From Geobacter sulfurreducens PCA (GTDB taxonomy: Bacteria; Desulfobacterota; Desulfuromonadia; Geobacterales; Geobacteraceae): DNA of 32,000 nucleotides. The notes below the pieces were generated by a model. That model had not been told where the DNA came from, made no database searches, and worked only from the letters and a program-made list of their open reading frames with translations. Positions 17,097 to 25,956 of the stretch are shown here, piece by piece. The stretch spans positions 540,001 through 572,000 of the forward strand of contig NC_002939.5 of assembly GCF_000007985.2 (NCBI RefSeq), in the 5' to 3' direction. Position numbers and translations under genes: made by a program. The first letter of the stretch is position 1; the number at the start of each line of letters is the position of its first letter.

Positions 17097-18887
17097 TCAG
17101 GTGATGAGAGTCACCGGCCGCCACCGGCGGACCGAGTTGATGAGGTAGATCTCCGGGCACCGTTCCAGTTCCTCCCGCGTGATGGGCCGTTCGCGGAGGG
17201 CGCCCTCGGCCAGGAGCTCTTCCCGGAAGGTGCCGGGGAGGATGCCGGCGGCAAGGGGAGGGGTGACCATTTCCCCGTCGATGCGGGCGGCCACATTGGC
17301 CGTGGTTCCCTCGGTCACTTCACCGTGCCGGTTTACGAAGATGACGTCTGCGCAGTCGGGCGCCGCCGCCAGTTCGTGCCGGTAGAGGGGGCGGTAGGTG
17401 GTCTTGTGGTAGAGGAACTGATCGGCCGGGTCCACTGACGTGGCCGCAAAGCGGACGGGAATCGGTTCCGGGCAGGGCGCTTCGGTCAGCGGTGCTTCCT
17501 GGATGGTGAACGCCCCCCGCCGGTTCACCAGTACGCGCACCTTTTGCCGACCCTCCATCAGGGCGGCCCGTCGGTTGAGGATCTCCTGGAGGCTGCCGAG
17601 CCGGAGCGGAATCCCGAAATGGGCGGCTGACCGGTAGAGTCGCGCCAGATGGCGCTCCAGCAGGAAAAATCCCGCTCCTTCCTCGTGGAGCAGCGTCTCC
17701 ACCAACTGGAAGTCGGGGACACGCTCCCGGGCGAATCTGCTCTTGGCGAGGCACTCGTCATACTCCGACGAAGGGGTCGAGCCGATGGTCACACCGCTGC
17801 CGATGCCCAACTGCCCCTGCCCCGATGCGGCGTCCAGGACCACTGTCCTGATGGCGACACTGAAGGTCGCCTCAAAGGGGGCGGGTGCCCCCTGCGCCGC
17901 CGGGGAGACGTAGCCGATGGCGCCGGTGTAGATCCCCCGGGGCGAATCCTCCAGCTCCCGGATTATCTCCATGCTCCGCCGCTTGGGCGCACCGGTCACC
18001 GACCCGCAGGGGAAGAGCGCCCGGAAGAGATCGGCGAGGCCGACCCCGGCCTGCGGCCGGGCCGTGATGGTGGAGGTCATCTGGTGGAGCGTTTCGAGGC
18101 TTTCCACGTCAAAGAGCGACTCCACCCGCACCGAGCCCGTTTCAGCCACCATTCCCATGTCGTTGCGCAGCAGGTCGACGATCATCAGGTTTTCGGCCCG
18201 CTCCTTCTCGCTGGCGGCAAGTCCCGCGCGTAACTCCTCGTCCTCGGCCCGCCAGCGTCCCCTGCGGGCGGTTCCCTTCATGGGGCGGCAGGTGAGGGTC
18301 CCCTGGCGCAGGTCGAAGAACAGTTCGGGCGAGGTGGAGAGGACCCGGAGCGATCCCGTATCGATGAAGGCACAGAAAGGGGCTCTCTGGGCCCGGCAGA
18401 GATCGTGGAACCATGCCTGGGGATCGCCCGTGAAGCGGAACTGCTGGCGGAAGGTGAAGTTGACCTGATAGCAGTCGCCGGCCGTTATGTACTGCCTGAT
18501 CCGACCGACTGACTCCAGGTAGGGCTCCCGCTGGAGCGTGGCGCTCCACTGGCTGGTCTCGTAGCCGGGTGGCACGTCCTGCTCGCATTCGGGGAGCCGG
18601 GGCGCAAAGCCGATGCGGCGGCGGAACAGGCCGAACCAGACCAGCGGGGTGTCCGGCACCGGTTCGCGGGTTGTCAGGGTTTCGTCCAGGCCGGGCGCCG
18701 CCTCATAGCTGACGAATCCCGCCGCGTGGAGACCGCCGGCCACCGCCGCTTCCACCCGGCGCAGGGCCGGCACGACCTCGGCAGGGGTCAGGGCCGTCAC
18801 GGCTTCCACAAACTCCTCGAACCGGTACGAGGCCGAATGCCGCTCGGCATCGAAAGAGGCGAGAATGACCGTGGGCGCGCCGCTCAT
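17097..18887 (-). CDS. pabB: Fused aminodeoxychorismate synthase component I (PabB) and aminodeoxychorismate lyase (PabC, class IV PLP enzyme).
   Basis: The track shows a 760-aa ORF (to 19379), but its first 164 codons overlap the upstream gene out of frame. The ATG at 18887 (MSGAPTVILASF...) overlaps the upstream stop as ATGA. Chorismate-utilising motifs are present (CRPMKGTARRG, GSVTGAPK, GIYTGAIGY). The C-terminal class IV aminotransferase-like half has YHKTT (PLP Lys) and EGTTANV. Confidence 0.88.
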   Translation of the reverse strand: MSGAPTVILASFDAERHSASYRFEEFVEAVTALTPAEVVPALRRVEAAVAGGLHAAGFVSYEAAPGLDETLTTREPVPDTPLVWFGLFRRRIGFAPRLPECEQDVPPGYETSQWSATLQREPYLESVGRIRQYITAGDCYQVNFTFRQQFRFTGDPQAWFHDLCRAQRAPFCAFIDTGSLRVLSTSPELFFDLRQGTLTCRPMKGTARRGRWRAEDEELRAGLAASEKERAENLMIVDLLRNDMGMVAETGSVRVESLFDVESLETLHQMTSTITARPQAGVGLADLFRALFPCGSVTGAPKRRSMEIIRELEDSPRGIYTGAIGYVSPAAQGAPAPFEATFSVAIRTVVLDAASGQGQLGIGSGVTIGSTPSSEYDECLAKSRFARERVPDFQLVETLLHEEGAGFFLLERHLARLYRSAAHFGIPLRLGSLQEILNRRAALMEGRQKVRVLVNRRGAFTIQEAPLTEAPCPEPIPVRFAATSVDPADQFLYHKTTYRPLYRHELAAAPDCADVIFVNRHGEVTEGTTANVAARIDGEMVTPPLAAGILPGTFREELLAEGALRERPITREELERCPEIYLINSVRRWRPVTLIT

Positions 18888-19771
18888 GACAGCTCTCCGG
18901 CGCAGCATTTCACCACCGGGCATGCCTCGCAGAGAGGGGTCACCGTGCCGTCGCACCCCTCGGAGATTCCCAGGTGGCAGAGGGAAAAGTCGTACTTCAC
19001 CGGATCGTCGGGATCGAGGCGCCGCAGCGCTGCCGTGATCTCCCTGGCTGTGCGCCAGTCGGCCTGCCGCCGGGCGGTGAGGCCCAGGTTTCGGGCGATG
19101 CGGTGGATGTGCGTGTCCACCGGGATCACGAGTTGTGCCGGCGAAATCTCCTTCCAGAGGCCCAGGTCGATGCCGTCGTCGGCACGCACCATCCAGCGCA
19201 GGAACATGCACAACCGTTTGCAGGCACTGCCCGAGGCCGGGGAGGGAAAGAAGAAGGGGAAGGCCGAATCGGCCGGGATGGCGGCGGTGCCGAAGACGGG
19301 GGAATAGTCGAAGGCGAGGATCGCTGAGCTGAACTCCGTGAGGGAGGGGGTGATATCCTCGGCCTCCGGGTCGTGGCACCCCAGGAAGAAGTCGCCGATG
19401 GTGTCGGCCTCCTCGATCATGGTCCGGGCGGCCAGGAAAAGGGCACAGAGGTCACGGCCGTCATTGAAGCGGTGCTTGAAGCCGGCAAAGAGCCGCATCC
19501 CCGCCTCCGGCTCGAACTCCTCCACGAACCGCCGGGGCGACGGCCCCACTGCCCCGAAGACTGTTGCCAGGTTTCTGAGGATGATCTTCACGTTGCCGTA
19601 GGCGAGGCATGACGCCAGAAGTCCCGCAATCTCCCGGTCCGCCGGGGAGGCGTAGCGGTGGCAGAAGGAAAGGGGGTCGTTCGCCAGGTGGCGGGGAGAG
19701 CGGGATGCGTAAAGGTTGTCGAGGACGGCTTTCAGTTCCACGGGGGCTCCAGGGCCGACGGGGATGGACAC
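18884..19771 (-). CDS. Uncharacterised TIGR02757/DUF2400-type protein with endonuclease-III-like features.
   Basis: 295-aa ORF with a GTG start at 19771 and a weak RBS. An alternative GTG at 19741 lies behind a GGAG. Motifs are IPVDTHIHRIARNLGL and a C-terminal Cys cluster CDGTVTPLCEACPVVKCC. Its stop overlaps the pabB start by 4 nt. Confidence 0.8.
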   Translation of the reverse strand: MSIPVGPGAPVELKAVLDNLYASRSPRHLANDPLSFCHRYASPADREIAGLLASCLAYGNVKIILRNLATVFGAVGPSPRRFVEEFEPEAGMRLFAGFKHRFNDGRDLCALFLAARTMIEEADTIGDFFLGCHDPEAEDITPSLTEFSSAILAFDYSPVFGTAAIPADSAFPFFFPSPASGSACKRLCMFLRWMVRADDGIDLGLWKEISPAQLVIPVDTHIHRIARNLGLTARRQADWRTAREITAALRRLDPDDPVKYDFSLCHLGISEGCDGTVTPLCEACPVVKCCAGELS

Positions 19772-19883
19772 TCGGACGGCGTATGGTATACCACAGGGTG
19801 ATCGTCTTCATGAAGAAAAAAAGGGACGATGGCCCCCTGCCGGGAGAGCTGCGCCGCGCTCCGTCCGATTTGCGTTCCCGGTA

Positions 19884-20342
19884 TCACGTGGAGGAACTCC
19901 GGCTTTTGGTGTCCAGGATGAAGGTCACCGGACCGTCATTCACCAGATGCACCTTCATATCTGCCTGGAAAATGCCGGTGGCGGTGGGGATGCCGGTTTC
20001 CCGGATTAAATCGACGAACCGGTCGTAGAGCCGCTTCCCCTCATCCGGTGGGGCCGCCGTGTCGAAGGAGGGGCGCCTTCCCTTGGCACAGTTTCCCGCC
20101 AGGGTGAACTGGGATACGGCAAGGATCGATCCCTCAACCTCCCGCACCGACAGATTCATCTTGCCTGCGTCATCCTCGAAGATGCGCAGCCCCGCCATTT
20201 TCTCCGCCAGCCAGGCCGCGTCCCGCTCTGTATCCCCCTTCTCCACTCCGAGAAGAACCAGAATCCCCCGGCCGATGGCTCCCACCGTTGACCCGTCCAC
20301 CTCCACCCGGGCCTCGCTTACCCGCTGGATCACCGCCTTCAT
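19884..20342 (-). CDS. dtd: D-aminoacyl-tRNA deacylase.
   Basis: 152-aa ORF beginning [15 protein letters not shown]. The hallmark motifs SQFTL (VSQFTLAGN) and NDGPVT are present. Its start overlaps the macro-domain gene stop (ATGA). Confidence 0.92.
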   Translation of the reverse strand: MKAVIQRVSEARVEVDGSTVGAIGRGILVLLGVEKGDTERDAAWLAEKMAGLRIFEDDAGKMNLSVREVEGSILAVSQFTLAGNCAKGRRPSFDTAAPPDEGKRLYDRFVDLIRETGIPTATGIFQADMKVHLVNDGPVTFILDTKSRSSST

Positions 20343-20860
20343 GGGCCGAACACCCGCGCGAGAGCCGCCCGGTAGGCCGCCTCCGCCTCCGCGCCGAAGG
20401 GGGTGAAGATCACCCGCTCCAGTTCCGGGTAGCGCTCCAGGGCCGCCTTAGTCTCCTCCAGGGCGATGGAGCACGCCTCATCCAGGGGATAGCCGTAGAC
20501 CCCGCAGCTGATGGCCGGGAAGGCGATGGACCTGAGACCGGCCCCGTGGGCCACCTCAAACGAGCGGCGGTAGCAGCTCCGCAGCAAATCCGGCTCCCCC
20601 CTGGCGCCGCCGTGCCACACCGGCCCCACCGTGTGGATCACGTGCTTCGCCGGCAGCCGGTATCCCGCGGTTATTTTGGCGTCGCCGGTGGCGCAACCGT
20701 TCAGGGTCCGGCACTCCGCCAGCAGCTCCGGCCCCGCTGCCCGGTGGATGGCCCCGTCCACTCCGCCCCCGCCCAGGAGCGAATTGTTGGCCGCGTTCAC
20801 AATGGCGTCCACCGCCAGCGTGGTGATGTCGCCGGGGATGATCTCTATTTTTCCCTTCAT
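20339..20860 (-). CDS. Macro-domain protein (O-acetyl-ADP-ribose deacetylase / ADP-ribose-binding, YmdB-like).
   Basis: The track ORF is 20339-20959. I prefer the ATG at 20860 ([43 protein letters not shown]...) because GAGGAG lies upstream. The NAAN...GGGVDGAIH signature is canonical for macro domains. Confidence 0.88.
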   Translation of the reverse strand: MKGKIEIIPGDITTLAVDAIVNAANNSLLGGGGVDGAIHRAAGPELLAECRTLNGCATGDAKITAGYRLPAKHVIHTVGPVWHGGARGEPDLLRSCYRRSFEVAHGAGLRSIAFPAISCGVYGYPLDEACSIALEETKAALERYPELERVIFTPFGAEAEAAYRAALARVFGP

Positions 20861-21004
20861 GCCATCTCCTCTCTGCCCCATGAGGGACCGGCTCAAGAAT
20901 GCGCCCGCAGCCGGTTGCCTTCTGTCATGCAGCCGAGTCGCATTCGTGCGAGCGAACACCAGTTCTACAGCTGATCACTGCCTGTTTTCATCCCCCCTGT
21001 CCCG

Positions 21005-22699
21005 TTAGCGGGCGGCAATGGTCTGATCAAAGGTTTTCTCCTGTTCCGACGTGCCGATCAGGATGAGTCTGGCCCCTTCTGCGAGGATGGTTTCCGGTGG
21101 CGGCGAAATGAGGATGTCGGCCCGGTCGGGCGCCTCGATCGCCACGATGGAGCAGCCGGTGAGGGGGCGCAGGCGGGTCTCGGCAATGGTTTTGCCGGCC
21201 ATGGCGGGGGGCAGCGGCCGCCGGAAGACGGCCATCCCCTCGGAGAGGAAGGCCGATTCCTTGTGCTCCAGCAGGTTGCCCAGGATGTTGGCACCCACCG
21301 AGGCGTTGGAGACGACGAAGTCGGCGCCGGCAGCGTAGAGCTGGTCGACGTTTTCCTCCCCGTTGGCACGGGCCACGATGCGGATGTGGGAGTGGAGGTG
21401 CCGGCAGGCCAGGGTCAGGAAGATGTTGGTGCTGTCGTCATTGGTGGTGACGATGATGCCGCTGGCGCGGTCGATGCCCGCCTGCCTGAGGGTCTGGCCC
21501 ACGGTGGCGTCGCCGTAGACCACGACGTGATCGTTGCAGACGGGGCTCTCCTGGCGGTCGATCAGGATGAAGGGGACCGGCTTGCGGTCGAGGAACGCTG
21601 CGGCGGCGCAGCCGATGCGGCCGTGGCCGATGATGAAGATCAACTCGTCTTCCGGTGCCTCGCCGATCAGATACTCCAGGGCGGCCAACTGGCTCTTGGT
21701 GCCGGCCAGCACCAGCAGCGACTGCTCGGTCAGGACCGTCTCCCGTTGCGGGGTGGTGAGGCTGCCCCGTTCCCAGACACCGATGATTGAAAGCCCCGTC
21801 CGCTGGCGAATCCCCGATTCCCCGATGGTTTTGCCGGCGAAAGGGGTGCCGTGGACGGGCAGTTCGGCGATCTGCAGGTTGCCGAAGGAGTCGAGAATAT
21901 GGGCCAGCGCCCCGCAGGTGGTGGCCCGGATGCCCAGGTAGCGGCCGAGGATTCTGGTCAGGGGGACGACCTGGTTCGCTCCGGCCAGCCGGAGCAGTTC
22001 TCCGTGCACCGGTTCCTTGACCACGGCAATGATGGGGGTCTGGCAGAGGGAGCGGACGGTGAGGCACAGGTTGGCGTTGTCAGGGTCGCTCAGGTTGGCA
22101 ATGATGCTTCGGGCCGCCGCCACCCGCAGGCCGGCCAGGACGTGGGCATCGGTGGGCGAACCGTAGACCACCTTGAACCCCTCCTGCTCTTCCAGGTGCA
22201 GGGCCTGGTCGTAGTTGTCCGTTACCACGACGAACAGGTGGTTGCGGCTCTCCAGTTTGCGGATCAGGGTCCGGGTGATGGGGTCGATGCCGAAGATGAG
22301 GATGTGCCCCCGGGTGTCGTCCGGCAGCTCGATGGTGGGGTGGTAGCGGAGGCGCCGTTCAATCCAGGGAGCCAGGAACATGCTGACAAAGCCGAAGGGG
22401 AGGATGATCAGGAGAAAGATCACCCCCGAAACGGTGACAATAGAGGCGAACAGGTACCCGGCGTCGCTCTGGAAGGTGATGTCGCCGAACCCGAGGGTGG
22501 TCATCACCGTGATAGTCCAGTAGATCCCCGCCATGAACGAGTATTCGCGTCCTTCGAGATGCCACATCAGGTAGCGGAAGATGGACGCGTAGGCCAGGAG
22601 CATGACAAGAAGGAAGGCGCAATACAGGAGCAGGACCTTCAGGTTCTGTCTGGCGCGGCCCCTCAGGAAATAGGCCAGTTCGGAGGCGAGTACCTTCAT
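21005..22699 (-). CDS. Two-TM potassium channel with tandem cytoplasmic RCK (TrkA-N/TrkA-C) domains.
   Basis: 564-aa ORF with a GGGAAGGTG RBS. It has a pore helix and the selectivity filter TVMTTLGFGD, a second inner helix, then two RCK units. The second RCK unit has a clear Rossmann motif (IFIIGHGRIGCAAA). Confidence 0.88.
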   Translation of the reverse strand: MKVLASELAYFLRGRARQNLKVLLLYCAFLLVMLLAYASIFRYLMWHLEGREYSFMAGIYWTITVMTTLGFGDITFQSDAGYLFASIVTVSGVIFLLIILPFGFVSMFLAPWIERRLRYHPTIELPDDTRGHILIFGIDPITRTLIRKLESRNHLFVVVTDNYDQALHLEEQEGFKVVYGSPTDAHVLAGLRVAAARSIIANLSDPDNANLCLTVRSLCQTPIIAVVKEPVHGELLRLAGANQVVPLTRILGRYLGIRATTCGALAHILDSFGNLQIAELPVHGTPFAGKTIGESGIRQRTGLSIIGVWERGSLTTPQRETVLTEQSLLVLAGTKSQLAALEYLIGEAPEDELIFIIGHGRIGCAAAAFLDRKPVPFILIDRQESPVCNDHVVVYGDATVGQTLRQAGIDRASGIIVTTNDDSTNIFLTLACRHLHSHIRIVARANGEENVDQLYAAGADFVVSNASVGANILGNLLEHKESAFLSEGMAVFRRPLPPAMAGKTIAETRLRPLTGCSIVAIEAPDRADILISPPPETILAEGARLILIGTSEQEKTFDQTIAAR

Positions 22700-22720
22700 G
22701 GAGCACCTTCCCTCACGTTG

Positions 22721-23545
22721 TCACCGCCAGACCACGTCCAGCCGGTTGCGCCGGGGAGGTCGGCGATAGGTGACGGCCGGGTAGCCCAGCAGGAGCGTAT
22801 AGCCGGCGTGGTGCCCCTCGGGGAGGCCGATGGCCTGTTGCAGGGGCTCCCATGCCTCGGCGGCCATCTGGAAAAAGCCGGCCCAGCAGGTGCCCACCCC
22901 GTGGGCGGGGGCCAGGATGTCCAGGTGCGTGGCAGCAATGACGGCATCCACCGCAACCGTGGGATGGCGCCGGTCGGTGTAGGCAATGGCCAGGTGCGGT
23001 GCATTGCGGCAGATGGGGTCGTTACCCTTGCGCCAGGAGCGGATCATGGCGGCAATGTTGAAGTGCCGGCTCAGGTGGGTGTCGCCCTCCTGCTGGGAGC
23101 GGAGCCAGTCCACCACCAAGCCGGTCAGTCGCCGCACTTCGGCGGTATCGTGGATGATCAGCCACTTGACCCGCTGACTGTTGCTGCCGGTGGGAGCGTA
23201 GCGGACCACGTCCAGCATCCCCGCAATGGTTTCCCGGGGGACCGGCTCCGGCCGGAAATGGCGGATCGACCGCCGCATCCGCAGGTACGCATCGAGCTCA
23301 GCCGGGGCAAAGGGTGCCGTCGGCGGCGAGTAGACGGCCGGGTCCAGGCGCGGATCGTCCACCGCCAGGGCTGCCGTGGGGCAGACCGCCTCGCAGTGGC
23401 CGCAGATGATGCACCGTCCGGCTCCCTCTTCGGTGAAGCGGGGCGGCAGGTTCCCCTCGGGCAGTTCGACGATGCGCAAGGGGCAGACGGAGACGCAGGC
23501 GCCGCAACGGGTGCAGGCAGCGTCGGTTACGATCAACTCGGGCAT
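22721..23545 (-). CDS. Nitroreductase-family flavoprotein with an N-terminal 2x[4Fe-4S] ferredoxin domain.
   Basis: 274-aa ORF with two CxxCxxCxxxCP motifs (CTRCGACVSVCP and CIICGHCEAVCP). These are followed by a nitroreductase fold (RRSIRHFRPEPVP...YAPTGSNSQ...GVGTCW). Its start lies 13 nt inside the end of nfo. Confidence 0.85.
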   Translation of the reverse strand: MPELIVTDAACTRCGACVSVCPLRIVELPEGNLPPRFTEEGAGRCIICGHCEAVCPTAALAVDDPRLDPAVYSPPTAPFAPAELDAYLRMRRSIRHFRPEPVPRETIAGMLDVVRYAPTGSNSQRVKWLIIHDTAEVRRLTGLVVDWLRSQQEGDTHLSRHFNIAAMIRSWRKGNDPICRNAPHLAIAYTDRRHPTVAVDAVIAATHLDILAPAHGVGTCWAGFFQMAAEAWEPLQQAIGLPEGHHAGYTLLLGYPAVTYRRPPRRNRLDVVWR

Positions 23546-24423
23546 GGCTCGGTTCTTTCCTTTGTTGTGCGCCGGCGGACGAGTCTCCGGAGCGTGTTCA
23601 GGTTCATGATATCAAACTCGTCGTCATCTCCCTTTGGCGTTTCGAGAATCTTGGGCACCGTCGTGAAGCGGTCATCGTTCATGAGGAACCGGAACGGCTC
23701 CAGCCCCAGCGTTCCCCGGCCGATATGCTCGTGCCGGTCCACCCGGGAGTTGAGCCCCTTCCGGGAATCGTTCAGGTGGAAGCACCGGAGCCGGTCCAGG
23801 CCGATCAGCCGGTCGAACTCGGCGAAGACGCGCCGGTACCCCTCTCCGGTGGTGAAGTCGTATCCGGCGGCAAAGGTGTGGCAGGTGTCGAAGCAGACCG
23901 CGAAGCGGTCGGGAAACGCGGTCCCGGCGATAATGGCGGCCAACTGCTCGAAGGTATGACCCAGGCTGGTGCCTTGGCCTGCGGTGGTCTCCAGCAGGAT
24001 CACGCCGGTGAACTCGGGAACCGCGGGGATCAGGCGGTTGAAGGCCTCACAGATCCGCCGGATGCCGGTCTCTTCTCCGTCGCCCAGGTGGGCACCGGGA
24101 TGCATCACGATAGTGCCGATACCGAGGCGGGTACAGCGCTCCATCTCCTCCCGGAAGGCCGCGAGGCTCTTGTCCCGTGTCTCGCCCGGCGGGGCCGCCA
24201 GGTTGATGAGGTAGATGTCATGGGCGATGATTTCGTGGAGGCCCGCGGCTTCCCACTGTTCACGGAACAGAGCCGCCTCCCCCTCGGTGGGCATCTTCCC
24301 CCGCCACTGGTTGGAGTTCTGGGTGAAGACCTGGATCACGCCGCACCCGACCCGGTTTCCCCGCGCCGGAGCCTTGTGAATCCCGCCGGCGATGGACATG
24401 TGCGCGCCGAGATAGTCGTTCAT
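23533..24423 (-). CDS. nfo: Endonuclease IV (deoxyribonuclease IV, AP endonuclease family 2).
   Basis: 296-aa ORF beginning MNDYLGAHMSIAGGIHKA (E. coli Nfo begins MKYIGAHVSAAGG). Metal-ligand blocks are present: HPGAH, ETTAGQG, CFDTCH, HLNDS. Confidence 0.92.
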   Translation of the reverse strand: MNDYLGAHMSIAGGIHKAPARGNRVGCGVIQVFTQNSNQWRGKMPTEGEAALFREQWEAAGLHEIIAHDIYLINLAAPPGETRDKSLAAFREEMERCTRLGIGTIVMHPGAHLGDGEETGIRRICEAFNRLIPAVPEFTGVILLETTAGQGTSLGHTFEQLAAIIAGTAFPDRFAVCFDTCHTFAAGYDFTTGEGYRRVFAEFDRLIGLDRLRCFHLNDSRKGLNSRVDRHEHIGRGTLGLEPFRFLMNDDRFTTVPKILETPKGDDDEFDIMNLNTLRRLVRRRTTKERTEPCPS

Positions 24424-24426
24424 GGC

Positions 24427-24846
24427 CTAGAGCCCGAGCCTGTCCCGGATCAGCGCGATCCGCCCGGCGTACTCCTCCGGTGCGAGCAGGGTTTCCGCAT
24501 GGGGTTCGCTCCAGATGGGGCGGGGCCACAGGGGGTCCGTGGCGAAGCGGGGCACCAGGTGCCAGTGCATGTGCGGCACCATGTTGCCGAGCAGCTCGTA
24601 GTTCATCTTGGCGGGCTGGAACAGGTCGTACAGGGCCGCGGCAACGGCCGTCACCTCTTCCATGACCCCCTGGCGGACCGGCGGGGAGAGATGGAACAGC
24701 TCAGTCACGTGCTCCCGGGTGAAGACAAAGGTGTAGCCGGGAAAGAACTGGTCGCGGTTGAGCATGACGCGGGTGTGCTCCAACTCCGCAATGCGAAACT
24801 CCGGCTCGTCGAGCCACTTGGTGCACATGGGGCAGGATGGTGACAT
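24427..24846 (-). CDS. HIT-family (histidine triad) nucleotide hydrolase/transferase.
   Basis: 139-aa ORF with a GGAGGA RBS and the histidine triad HMHWHLVPR. A 3-nt gap separates it from nfo. Confidence 0.85.
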   Translation of the reverse strand: MSPSCPMCTKWLDEPEFRIAELEHTRVMLNRDQFFPGYTFVFTREHVTELFHLSPPVRQGVMEEVTAVAAALYDLFQPAKMNYELLGNMVPHMHWHLVPRFATDPLWPRPIWSEPHAETLLAPEEYAGRIALIRDRLGL

Positions 24847-24880
24847 GGGAGATCCTCCATGGCGTTTGCCTCAGCCTGAT

Positions 24881-24927
24881 AGACGAAAGGCCGGCGACGG
24901 CCCGGTTCGACCGGACCGCCGCCGGCC
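24881..24927 (-). terminator. Strand-specific rho-independent terminator of dapF.
   Basis: The minus-strand RNA reads GGCCGGCGGCGGUCCGGU-cg-ACCGGGCCGUCGCCGGCC followed by UUUCGUCU. The roughly 17-18-bp stem is fully paired only on the minus strand: the two imperfect positions are G-U wobbles there but A-C mismatches on the plus strand. Confidence 0.75.
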
Positions 24928-24951
24928 CCTGGTTTGTGCCGGCAGCGCCTG

Positions 24952-25800
24952 CTACAGCGTGCCGAGATTGATTTCGCCGCTGAACACCTCGGTGGCCGGA
25001 CCGGTCATGTAGAGGAAGCCGTCCTCGGCCCACTCCAGCTCCAGGTCGCCGCCGGATAGGTGGTTGAGGATATTCTTCTCGGTGAGGCCGTTGAGAGCCC
25101 CGGCCACGCAGACGGCGCTGGCGCCGGTGCCGCAAGCCAGCGTTTCGCCGGCTCCCCGCTCCCAGGTCCTCTGGCGTACCTCGGTGCGGGAGATGATCTG
25201 GACGAATTCCACGTTGGTTCGGCGGGGGAACATCTCGTGATTCTCGATGAGGGGGCCGTACTTTTCCACCTGGAAGTTCTCCACGTCATCCACAAAGATG
25301 ACGCAGTGGGGGTTCCCCATGGAAACGCAGGTAATGTTGAACGTGGTGTGGAGGATGTTCAGAGGCTGACCGACCACCTGGCCGTCGCCCGGGTCGCCCA
25401 GCATGGGAATTTCCGCACGGGTGAGGCGCGGCTTGCCCATGTTGACGCGGACCCGGTCAACCCTGCCGTCGGCGCCGGTGAAGAGCTGGAGCGTCAGGAC
25501 GCCCGCGCCGGTTTCAGCGGTGATCTCCTTCTTGGTCACGATGCCATGGTCGTAGGCGTACTTGGCCACGCAGCGGATGCCGTTGCCGCACATCTCGGAC
25601 TCGGATCCGTCGGAGTTGAACATGCGCATCCGGACGTCGGCCTTGTCGGAGGGCATGATCAGGATGAGCCCGTCGGAGCCGATGCCGAAGTTGCGGTTGG
25701 AAACCTTGATGGCCGTCTGCTCAGGGTTCCCTACGGTCTCCTCGAAGCAGTTGACATAGACGTAGTCGTTGCCGGCCCCATGCATTTTGGTGAATTTCAT
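24952..25800 (-). CDS. dapF: Diaminopimelate epimerase.
   Basis: The track ORF is 24952-25881. I prefer the ATG at 25800 ([16 protein letters not shown]...) because AGAGGGA lies upstream. Both catalytic Cys motifs are present ([10 protein letters not shown] and LACGTGASA). Confidence 0.92.
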   Translation of the reverse strand: MKFTKMHGAGNDYVYVNCFEETVGNPEQTAIKVSNRNFGIGSDGLILIMPSDKADVRMRMFNSDGSESEMCGNGIRCVAKYAYDHGIVTKKEITAETGAGVLTLQLFTGADGRVDRVRVNMGKPRLTRAEIPMLGDPGDGQVVGQPLNILHTTFNITCVSMGNPHCVIFVDDVENFQVEKYGPLIENHEMFPRRTNVEFVQIISRTEVRQRTWERGAGETLACGTGASAVCVAGALNGLTEKNILNHLSGGDLELEWAEDGFLYMTGPATEVFSGEINLGTL

Positions 25801-25899
25801 GATAGTCATCCCTCTCGTTGGTATAAGTGGAAATATCGCTAAAATTCCTTTAGAAATAGCAGAAACGGGGATCGCCAACAAGAAAAAATCCCGCGTCCC

Positions 25900-25929
25900 T
25901 TGACCCCCTGCGAGGGGATTCGTTATGAT
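25900..25929 (+). promoter_or_regulatory. Candidate sigma70 promoter for the small ORF and possibly the cytochrome gene.
   Basis: TTGACC (25900-25905), N18, TATGAT (25924-25929). It lies about 28 nt upstream of the ATG at 25957. Confidence 0.4.
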
Positions 25930-25956
25930 TGCCGAAACGATTGCGGAGGATATTCA

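Noticed and set aside
18888-19379. N-terminal extension that would make the PabB-PabC ORF 760 aa long.
   Set aside because: The extension is Arg/Pro/Gly-rich and overlaps the DUF2400 gene out of frame. The ATG at 18887 gives the normal PabB N-terminus and forms an ATGA coupling with the upstream stop.
19816-19866. Possible terminator after dtd: on the minus strand, a GC-rich region followed by a T7 run (complement of 19816-19822).
   Set aside because: The only helix closing directly onto the U-tract is 5 bp (GGACG/CGTCC) around a 33-nt loop containing small internal stems. That is too weak to call confidently. It may still act as a partial terminator separating dtd from the DUF2400-pabB pair.
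20339-20860. Macro-domain protein as a DarG-like antitoxin or anti-phage component.
   Set aside because: There is no DarT-like (DUF4433) or other toxin partner. The coupled downstream gene is the housekeeping dtd, and the protein is a single short YmdB-like macro domain.
21851-23959. 702-aa plus-strand ORF, the longest in the track.
   Set aside because: It lies antisense to three well-supported minus-strand genes (K+ channel, Fd-nitroreductase, nfo). Its composition is Gly/Arg/Pro/Asp/His-rich and low in complexity. It has no RBS and no recognisable motifs. It is a typical shadow ORF of a GC-rich genome.
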